Of a DNA stretch of 64,000 bases, positions 12,689 to 22,483 are shown piece after piece (position 1 is the first letter of the stretch; each line of letters opens with the position of its first letter). Under the pieces are notes generated by a model. The model did not search any database and had not been told where the DNA came from. It worked only from the letters and a program-made list of their open reading frames with translations. Both the position numbers and the translations under genes were made by a program. Source of the DNA: an uncultured Gemmatimonadales bacterium (GTDB lineage Bacteria > Gemmatimonadota > Gemmatimonadetes > Gemmatimonadales > GWC2-71-9); the NCBI GenBank assembly GCA_963825055.1, contig CAWGSK010000011.1:64001-128000 (forward strand), written 5' to 3'.

Positions 12689-13185
12689 CCATGCCGCGGC
12701 GTCGCACCGTGACCACCCGTACCCATCAGGCGTTCGGGATGGCCCATGAGCTGGCGGGCCAGCTCGGCCACGAGGCGACGATGGCTCCGCATGTGCTGAT
12801 CGGGCTGATGCGGGAGGAACGCAACATCGCCGCCGGGATCCTGAACCATGTCTGGGGTATCCCGGTTGATGTCCTGGAGGAAGAGTTACTGCAGGTCCTG
12901 CCGCCGGCCGGGCCGCCCAGCCCCGCGGGCGTGCTCGAATGGACACCCGCCGATGAACAGATGCTGGCCCGGGCCACGGTCGAGTCCTCGGCCCTGGACT
13001 GCGAGTACCTGGCCGGAGAGCACCTGCTGCTGGCCTTCCTGAGGGATCCGGCGAGTACGACCGCGCGGGTGCTGGATCGACACGGGGTGCGCTACGAGGA
13101 TGTCCGGCGTGACATTCTTACCTGGTATGCGGGGGCCATCCCGAATCGCCGGAACGATCCTGCTGTGAAAGATTCTCCCGGTTGA
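12685..13185 (+). CDS. Stand-alone Clp protease N-terminal repeat protein
   Basis: Two Clp_N repeats (AHELAGQLGH..PHVLIGL; ESSALDCEYLAGEHLLLAFL); no AAA+ domain. Confidence 0.8.
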   Translation: MTMPRRRTVTTRTHQAFGMAHELAGQLGHEATMAPHVLIGLMREERNIAAGILNHVWGIPVDVLEEELLQVLPPAGPPSPAGVLEWTPADEQMLARATVESSALDCEYLAGEHLLLAFLRDPASTTARVLDRHGVRYEDVRRDILTWYAGAIPNRRNDPAVKDSPG

Positions 13186-13194
13186 AACGGGCGG

Positions 13195-14880
13195 TCAGGA
13201 CGGCGGATCCACGTGCATGGTCATCATCATCCCTGCGCCCAGGTGCTCCGCAATGTGACAATGGAGCATCCAGTCACCAGGATTGGACGCGTCGACCAGC
13301 AGGTCCACCGTCGCGCCCACCGGGATCAGGACCGTGTCCTTCCACACCAGGTTGGCGGTGGGCACGCCGTCCCGGGAGACCACCAGCATCCGCTGCCCGT
13401 GCAGGTGAATGGGGTGCTGCATCGGGTGGAATGACTTGGGGTCGTTGAAGATCCGGAGCTTTACCACGGCGCCCTGGCGCACGTGCCAGTCAATGTCCCC
13501 GTTTTCCTTCCCCGTCGCGTCGTCCCGCAGGATCCAGCGGACCTGCTTCCCCGTCGACAGCCAGTTCATCTCGGGCATGCCGTCCACCCACTCCACCGGG
13601 TGGTAGTATGCCGTGTCGATGCTCATGAACTGCACTGTGAGGAGCGGGAGGCCCGACGTGGCGACCGTGAGCGTGATCCGCTTGTCCGGCGCCCGGTCGA
13701 AGTACGGGCGGTACCGGTCGATGTCGGCGGTGACCTCGGGATAGTCGTGGAGGGTGTCGAACGCCGCCCGATAGTCGGGCGCGGCGGGTGTACTGTCCAC
13801 CGTGACCCACCCGAGTGTGTCCACCTGGGCCTCGAACTCACCCTTGTAATGGTCGATCGCCTGAATGGCGTTCAGAAGCGGGTAGCGCCCCGGCCGGTCG
13901 AATCGCGCGGCAACCACGTAGCGCTCCGCTGGCGCCAGGACAACACTCGGCACGTATTGCTCGTGTTCGAAGCGGCTCACGTCCGATGCGAGCACCTTGA
14001 GCGGCACCCCCGGGATCGCGAGGTTCCACGTCCGTGAGCTGGCCACGTTGGTGACGTAGAACCGCACAACGTCCCCCCGGTGCATGGTCCACGCCCCCGC
14101 CGGCTCCCCGTTGACCAGCATGACATTCCCCACCCGCCCCATCAGCGCGAAGTCCGGCGCCTCCTTCCCGAACGGGATCAGGGTGTCGGCATGGATCATC
14201 AGGTCGCTCAGGACCAGGGGCACCTCCCGGTTGGCCGGGGAGTAGTAGTCCGGGTCGGGACTGTCTACCAGCATGTTCCCGTACAGTCCCATCGACTGCT
14301 CGATGTCCTCGCGCACGTGCGGGTGGTACCAGTAGATCCCGGCGTCCGGAAAGTGCACCGTGTAGGTGAAGTCCCCCCCCGGCTGGACGGCCGCCTGGGT
14401 CACGTCCGGGACGCCGTCGGACCGGTTGTCCAGGCGGACGCCGTGCCAGTGCACCGTACTGGGCAGGTCGATCCGGTTGTGGAACCGGACGGTGATGGTG
14501 GCATTCTGGGGAACGCGGATCAGTGGCCCGGGCACCTGGCCGTTGAATCCGTACATGACGAACGCGTGTCCCCGGATCGTGCGGCGCAGCAGGGTCGCCG
14601 TGAGGTCGAGGGTGTCCCCATCCGCCAGGGGAGTGATCTCGGACGGCCGCGCGCGGGCGACCGCGGCGGGGTCCACGCCCTCCCCCGGCAGGAACTCCCC
14701 CACCGGCGGCAGGAGGCCGACGAGTCCGGGCAGCATCACCATGCCTTTGGGCATCGGGATCGGCATGGCCATGGCGCTGTCGTGCCCCATGTGCATGCCC
14801 GGGGATCCGGAGGAATCCTGCGCCACCAGCCGGGCAGCCTGGAGGGAGGCCGCCAGCACGATGGGCAACAGCCGCTTCAC
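13195..14880 (-). CDS. Multicopper oxidase with Met/His-rich N-terminus
   Basis: All four Cu motifs: VHWHG, YWYHPH, HPIHLHG, HCHIAEHLGAGM. GTG start overlaps upstream stop; signal peptide. Confidence 0.92.
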   Translation of the reverse strand: MKRLLPIVLAASLQAARLVAQDSSGSPGMHMGHDSAMAMPIPMPKGMVMLPGLVGLLPPVGEFLPGEGVDPAAVARARPSEITPLADGDTLDLTATLLRRTIRGHAFVMYGFNGQVPGPLIRVPQNATITVRFHNRIDLPSTVHWHGVRLDNRSDGVPDVTQAAVQPGGDFTYTVHFPDAGIYWYHPHVREDIEQSMGLYGNMLVDSPDPDYYSPANREVPLVLSDLMIHADTLIPFGKEAPDFALMGRVGNVMLVNGEPAGAWTMHRGDVVRFYVTNVASSRTWNLAIPGVPLKVLASDVSRFEHEQYVPSVVLAPAERYVVAARFDRPGRYPLLNAIQAIDHYKGEFEAQVDTLGWVTVDSTPAAPDYRAAFDTLHDYPEVTADIDRYRPYFDRAPDKRITLTVATSGLPLLTVQFMSIDTAYYHPVEWVDGMPEMNWLSTGKQVRWILRDDATGKENGDIDWHVRQGAVVKLRIFNDPKSFHPMQHPIHLHGQRMLVVSRDGVPTANLVWKDTVLIPVGATVDLLVDASNPGDWMLHCHIAEHLGAGMMMTMHVDPPS

Positions 14881-15374
14881 TGGGAGATGCCGCGGAAGAG
14901 CGGATGCGAGAGGAAGCGCTGGAGCCAGCCGCTCGGTGACGTCCCGTGCAGCACCGTCGGGCCCGCATGCATACCGGGGGCGGAGTCGGCCTCCGCCGTG
15001 ATCACCAGGAGGAACTTGTTCCGGTCGACCGGCCCGACGGCACTCGTACCGTTCCGGACCGTACCGACCCGGCGCCACTCGGCGAGATCCGTGCTGACCT
15101 CCCAGGCCACGAAGGCCGTGTACCCGCCAAGCGACGCAGGTTCGGGAAGACCCTTCGCGGTGATGCGGATGTCATACACGTGATGCCCGTTCCCCGTCAC
15201 CGCCACGCCAAACGGCGAGGCGGCGAAGAACAGGCGGGCCGTTCCTTCCGCCGCCGGGGCGGCGGGCCCGGGGGCCAGCTTGATGTCGTACGGGCCCCCC
15301 GCGGGGAGCCTGGCGCCGAGCAGGAGCCCGGCGCAGAGCCCGGTGACCCGGAGTCCCGGGCCCATCCTCCGCAT
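14877..15374 (-). CDS. Hypothetical secreted protein
   Basis: ATG at 15374 in TAATG overlap with upstream stop; signal-like N-terminus; 'FLLVITAEAD' is reminiscent of anti-sigma-K (RskA) C-terminal beta domains. Confidence 0.7.
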   Translation of the reverse strand: MRRMGPGLRVTGLCAGLLLGARLPAGGPYDIKLAPGPAAPAAEGTARLFFAASPFGVAVTGNGHHVYDIRITAKGLPEPASLGGYTAFVAWEVSTDLAEWRRVGTVRNGTSAVGPVDRNKFLLVITAEADSAPGMHAGPTVLHGTSPSGWLQRFLSHPLFRGISQ

Positions 15375-16738
15375 TACTGCGACGCGGCCCGGGCCGGACC
15401 GTGGTCCCAGTCCTGAACGCTGGAAATGTTCGGCATTCCGACGTCCTTGCCGTTCCAGCCCTTGAAGCCGTCCATCCGGAAGAGCCAGAGGCCGCTGCGC
15501 ATGTCGCTCAGCGCGATGAGCCCGTCGGCGTTGCGGACATCGACCCCGAAGGCCCCCTGCTCCACGCTGGTCGTGCTCTCCCATCCCACATCCGGCCCTC
15601 CGCCGAAGCCGTGCTCGTGGGTGCAGCCGCAGGTGTAGTAGTGGCCGACCGTCCTGGGATGCTTCGGGTCCTTCAGGTCGAAGACGAACAGGCCGTCTTC
15701 GTACGCCGAGACGAACACGTAGGGCCAGCGCACCTCGTGATTGTGGGACAGGTCCTGCCAGTCCGCCGTCCAGGCCGAGATGGGAAGGTCCAGGTTCTTG
15801 CGGGTACCGTCCTGGCCTTCGCGCAGGTCCCAGATCCGGAGCGGGGTGTACTGGTACTCCGTCTCCGTGACGGCGATGTTCCCATCGGGTGAGGGCGTGA
15901 ACGTGTGGGCGATGTCCATGCCGAGGCCGGTAATAGTGAAGAGCTGCTGCGGGGCTTCCGGCTTCGTCACGTCCCACGCCGAATAACCACCGAGCCCGGC
16001 GCCGTAGAACACGTCCCGCTTCCGCGCGGCGTCGTAGCCCACGTAGAAGTCGTGGTACCCGCCGGCGCCGATCTGGCGGAACGGCGTCGGGTTGGCGATC
16101 GTGCCCACGATCCAGCCGGTGGAATCGCCGCCGGCCACGACCTTCGCCAGGTCATAGATGATCGCCTTGGCCTCGTTCACCGTCGCGAAGTAGAGCACCC
16201 GGCCGTCCGAGTGCTTGTAGGCGTAGGTGTTGTGGAATCCGCCGGGCGCCGACGGATAGCGGATCCGGGCGACCTCCTTCACCGTCGCCGGGTCGGGCAG
16301 GCCGGTCACGTCCAGGATGACGGCGCCCAGGTCGGCGTCGGGTCCGCCCTGGAAGAACTGGTAGGACTGTGCGTAGTAGTAGCGGTTGCCGATCTTGAAA
16401 TACTTCCCGTCCATCGCGCCGATCCCGCGGTGCAGCTCGGGGTTGTCGATGGACCAGTCCACGATCTTCTTCGGGTGGGCGGGGTCCTTGATATCGTAGA
16501 TCTGTACATCGTTGCTGATGAAGCCCGAGACGTAGACGTAAGGCCGGCTCATCTCTTCTTCAATCTCGATATCCGACGCCTTCCATGCGCCCGGATGCGT
16601 TTCAACGTGCGCGATCATATGAATGTTGGGAGATCCGCCCGCCTTCTGGTCGGGCCGTGGCACCATGGTCCCCGGATCCTGGGCCGAAGCCGTGGCAGCA
16701 AGAATACACAGGATCAGGGTAACGACGGGCGCGCGCAT
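15374..16738 (-). CDS. LVIVD-repeat / choice-of-anchor-B-like beta-propeller, secreted
   Basis: Signal peptide; repeats IYDIKDP, ILDVTG, AWDVTKP, YVFVSAYEDGLFVFDLKDP; His motifs FHN, YHD, AHT, SHNH. Confidence 0.8.
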   Translation of the reverse strand: MRAPVVTLILCILAATASAQDPGTMVPRPDQKAGGSPNIHMIAHVETHPGAWKASDIEIEEEMSRPYVYVSGFISNDVQIYDIKDPAHPKKIVDWSIDNPELHRGIGAMDGKYFKIGNRYYYAQSYQFFQGGPDADLGAVILDVTGLPDPATVKEVARIRYPSAPGGFHNTYAYKHSDGRVLYFATVNEAKAIIYDLAKVVAGGDSTGWIVGTIANPTPFRQIGAGGYHDFYVGYDAARKRDVFYGAGLGGYSAWDVTKPEAPQQLFTITGLGMDIAHTFTPSPDGNIAVTETEYQYTPLRIWDLREGQDGTRKNLDLPISAWTADWQDLSHNHEVRWPYVFVSAYEDGLFVFDLKDPKHPRTVGHYYTCGCTHEHGFGGGPDVGWESTTSVEQGAFGVDVRNADGLIALSDMRSGLWLFRMDGFKGWNGKDVGMPNISSVQDWDHGPARAASQ

Positions 16739-16939
16739 GGGGTCTCCTCGCGGGGGCGTTCGGTGGCGGGTGGACGAGTGGCCCGAAGTATGGCCCAGGC
16801 AGCCGGCCGGCGGCAAGAGATGGTCGGGCGTTCAGGCGACGACTGCTCCGGGCCGCCTTGCGTAGAACCGATCGCCGCTGGACCTTGCTGATGACCGCCG
16901 CGGCGTCCCGGACCCGGCGGCTTCCACGGGAGGCGGACC

Positions 16940-17365
16940 ATGGCGAAGACCCCGATCGTGTTCAGGAGTTCCCATCGGATCCGGTTCTCCGAACTCGACC
17001 CCTACAATCACGTCAGCACGGCAAACTATGCGACGTACTTCGTCGACCACCGCATGCAGGGCCTGCGCGACCGCATCGGCTGGGACATCGCGACCCTGGG
17101 CGCCCTGCCATTCATGGTCTGGGTCCGGCGGATGGAGATCGATTTCGTCCGCCCGGCCCAGGCGGATGACGAAATCACCATCACCTCGTCCGTTCGCGAG
17201 TTTGAGGGACCCGACGCGTTCATCGACTGCACGATGGTCAGCGCCGCCGGCGTTACGCTGTCGCGTTGCCTGATGGTGGTGGCCTGCGTGGACCGGACGA
17301 CCCTGCGCTCCATGGACTGGCCTCCGGACCAGGCGGCCCTGTTCTACGAGGACGACCGGTCGTAG
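16940..17365 (+). CDS. Acyl-CoA thioesterase (4HBT/YbgC hot-dog fold)
   Basis: IRFSELDPYNHVSTANY, MEIDFVRPA; GGAGG RBS. Confidence 0.88.
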   Translation: MAKTPIVFRSSHRIRFSELDPYNHVSTANYATYFVDHRMQGLRDRIGWDIATLGALPFMVWVRRMEIDFVRPAQADDEITITSSVREFEGPDAFIDCTMVSAAGVTLSRCLMVVACVDRTTLRSMDWPPDQAALFYEDDRS

Positions 17366-17455
17366 CGACGGCCCCTTCCCGGCGATGGCGCCGGCCATTG
17401 CCACTCGCGGGACCGCCCCCCATCTTGCCCGTATCCCGCCACCAGGACCGCTGTC

Positions 17456-19765
17456 GTGGACCACCGCCTGGAGAGCCTGCGGAAAGCCCTTGCCGACCGG
17501 TACCTCCTCGAGCACGAACTGGGCCGGGGCGGGATGGCCACGGTCTATCGCGCCGAGGACATCCGCCACGGGCGGAAGGTGGCGGTCAAGGTACTCCGGC
17601 CGGAGCTGGCCGCGACCCTCGGCCCTGACCGGTTCGTGCGCGAGATCGAGATCGCCGCCCGCCTCTCCCATCCCCACATCCTGCCCCTCTTCGATTCCGG
17701 CGAGGCCGACGGCGTCCTGTACTATGTGATGCCGTACGTCGAAGGCGAATCCCTCCGTGACCGCATCGAGCGGGAGGGGAAGCTCCCGGTGGCAGAGGTC
17801 GTCCGGCTTGCCGACCAGATCGCCTCGGCGCTGACGTACGCCCACGAGCGCGGCGTGGTCCACCGCGACATCAAGCCGGAGAATATCCTGCTCTCCGGCG
17901 ACCAGGCCGTGGTGGCGGACTTCGGGATTGCCCGGGCCGTCGAGGCTGCGGCGAGCGCGCGCCTCACCGGCACCGGGCTCGCCGTCGGCACGCCAGCCTA
18001 CATGAGCCCGGAACAGGCCATGGGCCTGGAGCACGTGGATGCCCGGACCGATGTCTATGCCCTGGGCTGCGTGACATACGAAATGCTGACGGGCAAGGCA
18101 CCCTTCGAGGGGGCCACGCCCCAGGCCCTCGTCGCCGGACACCTGTCGGAGACCGTTCCCGGGCTCCGCGCCAGCGACCCGACCATTCCCCTGTACGTCG
18201 AGCGGGCCGTCGAGCGGGCCCTGGCCAAGCTGCCCGACGAGCGCTTCCAGAGCGCAGCGGCATTCGCGGCGGCCCTGATGAGCGGCACCGTCGTTCCCCG
18301 CGTGCACCGCCGGCGCCACATCCGCTCTGCGCTGGTCGCCGCGACATTTGTGCTCGTCGCCGCGGCCACCTGGTGGCTTGCGACCCACGCGGACACGCCT
18401 CACTTCCGGGCCCTGGCCGTCCTGCCGCTCACGAACCTCACCGGCGACACCGCGCAGGAGTACTTCGTCGACGGCGTCCACGAGGCGCTCATTGCGGAGC
18501 TGGCCCAGACCGGGGTCACCGTGATCGCCCGGCGTTCCGTCCTGCAGTACCGTGACACCGACAAGTCGCTCGGCGACATCGCCCGGGAACTCAATGTGGA
18601 TGCCCTCATCGAGGGGGGCGTGTTTCGCGACGGCGACAGCGTGGAAATCGAGACCCGGCTGATTAATCCCCGCTCAGGGATACCGCTCTGGAACGGATCC
18701 TACGACGGGAACCTGCCCAACGTCGTGGCGCTCTATCGCGGGATCGTGCGGGCCGTCGCCGGCGAGGTCCGGGTTGCGCTGAGTCCTGAGTCCGAAGCGC
18801 GCCTGGCGAAGACGACGACGGTCAATCCGGACGTCTACGAGGCCTACCTCAGGGGGATGCATCACCTGAATGCCGGCACCCCCGAGGACATCGCCCTCGG
18901 CCTGGAGTACCTGCATGGCGCCGTGGACCGCAATCCGGTGGACGCCGGGGCCTGGGCAGCCCTGGCCGGCGGTTACATCACTCTGGGACACAGCTTTGCG
19001 CCGCCACCGGAGGCCCGGGCCCGCGCGGCGGAGGCCGCTGAGCGCGCCGTCCGGCTCGACCCGGACCTGGCTGAAGGCTGGGCAGCGCTGGCGGCGGTCA
19101 AGACCTACTACGAATACGACTGGGAAGGAGCAGAACGGGCGTTCCGGCGGGCCAACGCCCTGAATCCGAGCCTCCCGATGAACCACTATCATTACGCCTG
19201 GTTCCTCGACCTGTTCGGCCGCCTGGACCAGGCAATTGTAGAGCATGAGCGGGCCCGGGAGCTCGATCCGTTTAACCCCCTCCACACCGCGTGGCTGGCG
19301 CCGCTGTACGCCAAGGATGGGCGAATTGAGGAAGGGGTCGCCCAGGCGCGGGCCGCCATGAAGCTCCAGTCCCGCATCCCCGTGGCCCACCTGGCCCTTG
19401 GCTACACGTATCTCCTCGCCGAACGGTGGAACGATGCGATCGACGTACTGAAGCCGGCCGCGGCGCAAGTGCCTCCGCTTCGCGGGTTTCTGGGCGTGGC
19501 CTACGCGCACGCCGGCCGCGAGGACGACGCCCGGGCAATCGCCGTCGAGCTTGAGCGGTCGCCATCGTCCATGAGTGCCCTCGGCCTGGTTGAGATTTAC
19601 GCCGCGCTCGGGGAGTGGGACCGGGCCCTGGACTGGCTCGAATACAAGCCGCGCCACGTCTGGATACCCTGGTACCTGAAGCAGGACGCGCCCGCCGCAC
19701 TCCGCCGGGAGCCCAGGTTCCAGGCGGTCATGCGGGAAATGCACCTGGCCGAGACGGATGGATGA
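17456..19765 (+). CDS. Ser/Thr protein kinase with TM helix, TolB-like domain and TPRs
   Basis: GRGGMATVY, VAVK, HRDIKPEN, DFG, GTPAYMSPEQ; LAVLPL.NL..D..QEYF.DG; TPR tail. Confidence 0.93.
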   Translation: MDHRLESLRKALADRYLLEHELGRGGMATVYRAEDIRHGRKVAVKVLRPELAATLGPDRFVREIEIAARLSHPHILPLFDSGEADGVLYYVMPYVEGESLRDRIEREGKLPVAEVVRLADQIASALTYAHERGVVHRDIKPENILLSGDQAVVADFGIARAVEAAASARLTGTGLAVGTPAYMSPEQAMGLEHVDARTDVYALGCVTYEMLTGKAPFEGATPQALVAGHLSETVPGLRASDPTIPLYVERAVERALAKLPDERFQSAAAFAAALMSGTVVPRVHRRRHIRSALVAATFVLVAAATWWLATHADTPHFRALAVLPLTNLTGDTAQEYFVDGVHEALIAELAQTGVTVIARRSVLQYRDTDKSLGDIARELNVDALIEGGVFRDGDSVEIETRLINPRSGIPLWNGSYDGNLPNVVALYRGIVRAVAGEVRVALSPESEARLAKTTTVNPDVYEAYLRGMHHLNAGTPEDIALGLEYLHGAVDRNPVDAGAWAALAGGYITLGHSFAPPPEARARAAEAAERAVRLDPDLAEGWAALAAVKTYYEYDWEGAERAFRRANALNPSLPMNHYHYAWFLDLFGRLDQAIVEHERARELDPFNPLHTAWLAPLYAKDGRIEEGVAQARAAMKLQSRIPVAHLALGYTYLLAERWNDAIDVLKPAAAQVPPLRGFLGVAYAHAGREDDARAIAVELERSPSSMSALGLVEIYAALGEWDRALDWLEYKPRHVWIPWYLKQDAPAALRREPRFQAVMREMHLAETDG

Positions 19766-19876
19766 GGGGCCCGGCCCCGATCCGCACCCCCCGTCCGTCG
19801 CCTTGCGTCCGGAGGGAGAGCGGCGGTATGGTGAATCGCGCCGCAAGGATTCCCCGGCCCCCAGCCGTCGAGACCC

Positions 19877-21468
19877 ATGTCCCCGACCCGTCGCGAAGCC
19901 ATTGCCCGACTCGCCGCCCTCACTGCCGTGACTGCCCTGCCCCGCGTCCCCTGGCCATTCAGTTCCAGTGACCCGCTGGACGGTACCATCGCCGCCTGTC
20001 AGGCCGGGCTCCGGCGGGAACCTGGACCGCGGTCGAACTCACCGAGCGCGCGCTGGAACGTTGCCGGACCACCGGGCCGCGGCTGAACGCGATCGACGCG
20101 CTGGCGGACACCGCACTCGCCGAGGCGAAGGCCGCCGATGGGCGCCGGCGCGCGGGACGGCTTCGCGGCCCCCTGGACGGCATTCCCGTGTTTGCCAAGT
20201 CCATCTACGATATGCGCGGCCTGCCCACCACCGGATCCAGCGCGGCCTGGGCGCGGCTCTTCCCCGCCCCGGTGGACCGCGATGCGGTGGAGGTGGCCCG
20301 GATGCGCGCAGCCGGCGCCATCGTCCTTGGGAAGACCGCGGCAGACGACTTCGCCTACCGGGGCGTCGGCACCAGCAGCCACACCGGGCAGGTCCTGAAT
20401 CCGCACGACCCGACCGGGACACGCACCCCCGGCGGCTCGAGCGCGGGGTCGGCCGTCGCGGTGGCAACCGGCATGGCCTTCGCCGCCCTGGGGACGGACG
20501 ATGGCGGCTCCAACCGGATCCCCGCGGTCTGCACCGGCGTGGTCGGGATGAAGCCGACATTCGGACTTGTGCCCCGCACCGGCGTCATCCCCACCTGGCC
20601 ATACCTCGACACGCACGGGCCGCTGGCCCGCTCCGTGGCCGACGCGGCGCTGCTGCTCGCCGCCATCGCGGGACCGGACCCATCTGATCCCCTGGCCCTC
20701 ACCACCGCGTGGGAAGGCGCCGCGCTCGTTCAGCTCCCTGACGAGGCGCTCGCCGGTACGCGACTGGGCCTGGTCGAAGCCCACGTGCCCCGTTCGCAGA
20801 TGACGGCGGAGGCCCTGGCCGCCTGGGATCGCGCGGTGGACGACTTGCGCGCCGCCGGAGCGGTGGTCGAGCCGTTCACCCCCGCCGTCACCCGGGAAAC
20901 CGTGCAGGACATGTTCAAGGCATCCGCGGAGCGCCGCGGTGATCCCGCGCCCGACCCCCGCTCGCCGGCGCCAACCGCCAACGCGCTCTTCCTCTATTTC
21001 AGCGGGCGCACCGACACGCCGCGGGAAGCGGTGCGCCAGGGATACGAGGCCTATCGCTCGTTCTATGATGTGCTGCCGGAGACCTTCGGTGCCTGCGAGC
21101 CGCTGCTCGAGCAACCGATGGCCGGGGACCCGGCCGGGCGTTCCTTTGCCCGTTCGCGGGCGGAGGCGGTGACGGTGCTGGCCGCGTCGATGCGCGAGGC
21201 CGGGGTCACGGCCATGGTGTATCCCACCATGCCGTTCAATGCTTTCAGCCTGGCGGATGGCTGGCCCGACATCCGTACCCCCCTGGGATACGGGAACTGG
21301 ATGGGGCTCCCCGAAGTGTCGGTCCCGGCGGGGCTCGGTGCCGACGGGATGCCCGCGCTCAACCTTTCCGTGGTGGGGTTGCCGGGTGAGGATGCCCGCG
21401 TGCTGGCGCTGGCGCACGCGTACGAGCGGCAATCCCGGCGGTTTGTCGCACCCCGCCCCGGCAGGTAA
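19877..21468 (+). CDS. Amidase signature (AS) family enzyme, Tat-exported; frameshift near 20020
   Basis: Twin-Arg MSPTRREAIARL; triad motifs PVFAK, GGSSAGS, GTDDGGSNR. Confidence 0.85.
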
Positions 21469-21480
21469 CCGACGCGCGCC

Positions 21481-21993
21481 GTGTTGCCGCTCTGGCTCCG
21501 CTCGGCGATAACCACGCTGACCTTCCCCGGCGTGGTCGCGGGCCTCGTCCCCATCCTCCTGGGAACGGGCGGATGGCGTCTCCCCCTCCCACTCGGGCCG
21601 GCCCACTGGCTCGGCTTCCTCTTCCTGCTGCCCGGGGTCGCAGGGCTCTGGCTCACCATTGGGGATTTCGCACGGGAGGGCCAGGGCACGCTGGCGCCGT
21701 GGGATGCTCCGACGCGCCTGGTGCGCCGCCGCCTTTACGCGTGGGTGCGCAACCCGATGTATGTCGCGGTGCTTGCTGCCATCCTGGGGCAAGCCATCCT
21801 GTGGGCGTCGGGGGGGATACTGATCTATCTCGCCCTGATCGCTGCCGCATTCCACCTGCGGGTCGTCATCACCGAAGAACCCGTCCTTCGAAAGAAATTC
21901 GGCGCCGGTTTTGATACCTACATGAGCCAGGTTCCTCGATGGGTTCCCCGCCCGCCCGGGCATCCACCCCTGCCGCAGGGAGATAGTCCATGA
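21481..21993 (+). CDS. Isoprenylcysteine carboxylmethyltransferase/PEMT family membrane protein
   Basis: GQGTLAPWDAP..LV, YAWVRNPMY, EEPVL..KFG..F..Y...VPRW. Confidence 0.88.
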   Translation: MLPLWLRSAITTLTFPGVVAGLVPILLGTGGWRLPLPLGPAHWLGFLFLLPGVAGLWLTIGDFAREGQGTLAPWDAPTRLVRRRLYAWVRNPMYVAVLAAILGQAILWASGGILIYLALIAAAFHLRVVITEEPVLRKKFGAGFDTYMSQVPRWVPRPPGHPPLPQGDSP

Positions 21994-22383
21994 GGAAAAT
22001 GGCCGCCGCCGCGACACCGGATGCGTATGTTGCTGCTCTCCGGGGGTGGCGCCGCACGTGCGTCGAAGATCTCCGTGCGGCCGTCCGGGCTGCCCCCGGG
22101 CCTGGAGGAGGTGATCAAGTGGGGGCACCTGGTCTACATCGCCCGGGGACCCGCCTTGCTGATCCGGGCGGAGGATGAGCGCGTGCTGCTCGGCGTCTGG
22201 CGGGGGCAGCGCCTCGCCGCCATTGAGCCTCGTCTGAAGAAGGGCGGGAAGTACGAGATGGCCACGCTCGAGCTACGGAAAGGGATGACCATATCGTCCG
22301 CGACGGTGCGCCGCCTGGCCCGGGAAGCCGTCACACTCAACCGCAGACTCGGAGACCCAACCCTCACCGCCCGGGGCCGGTAG
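21990..22383 (+). CDS. DUF1801 (YdhG-like) protein; frameshift near 22095
   Basis: N-part TPDAYVAAL..LRAAVR in one frame joins LEEVIKWGHLVY...LGVWRG in the next. Confidence 0.7.
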
Positions 22384-22483
22384 AGGACCACGTCACACGG
22401 CGCTCCGTGTTTCGAATCTAAACGTTGGTCGTGCCCGTAAGGGGGGCGTTCCTCGACGTACTCCTCCTCCCACGGAGCACACC

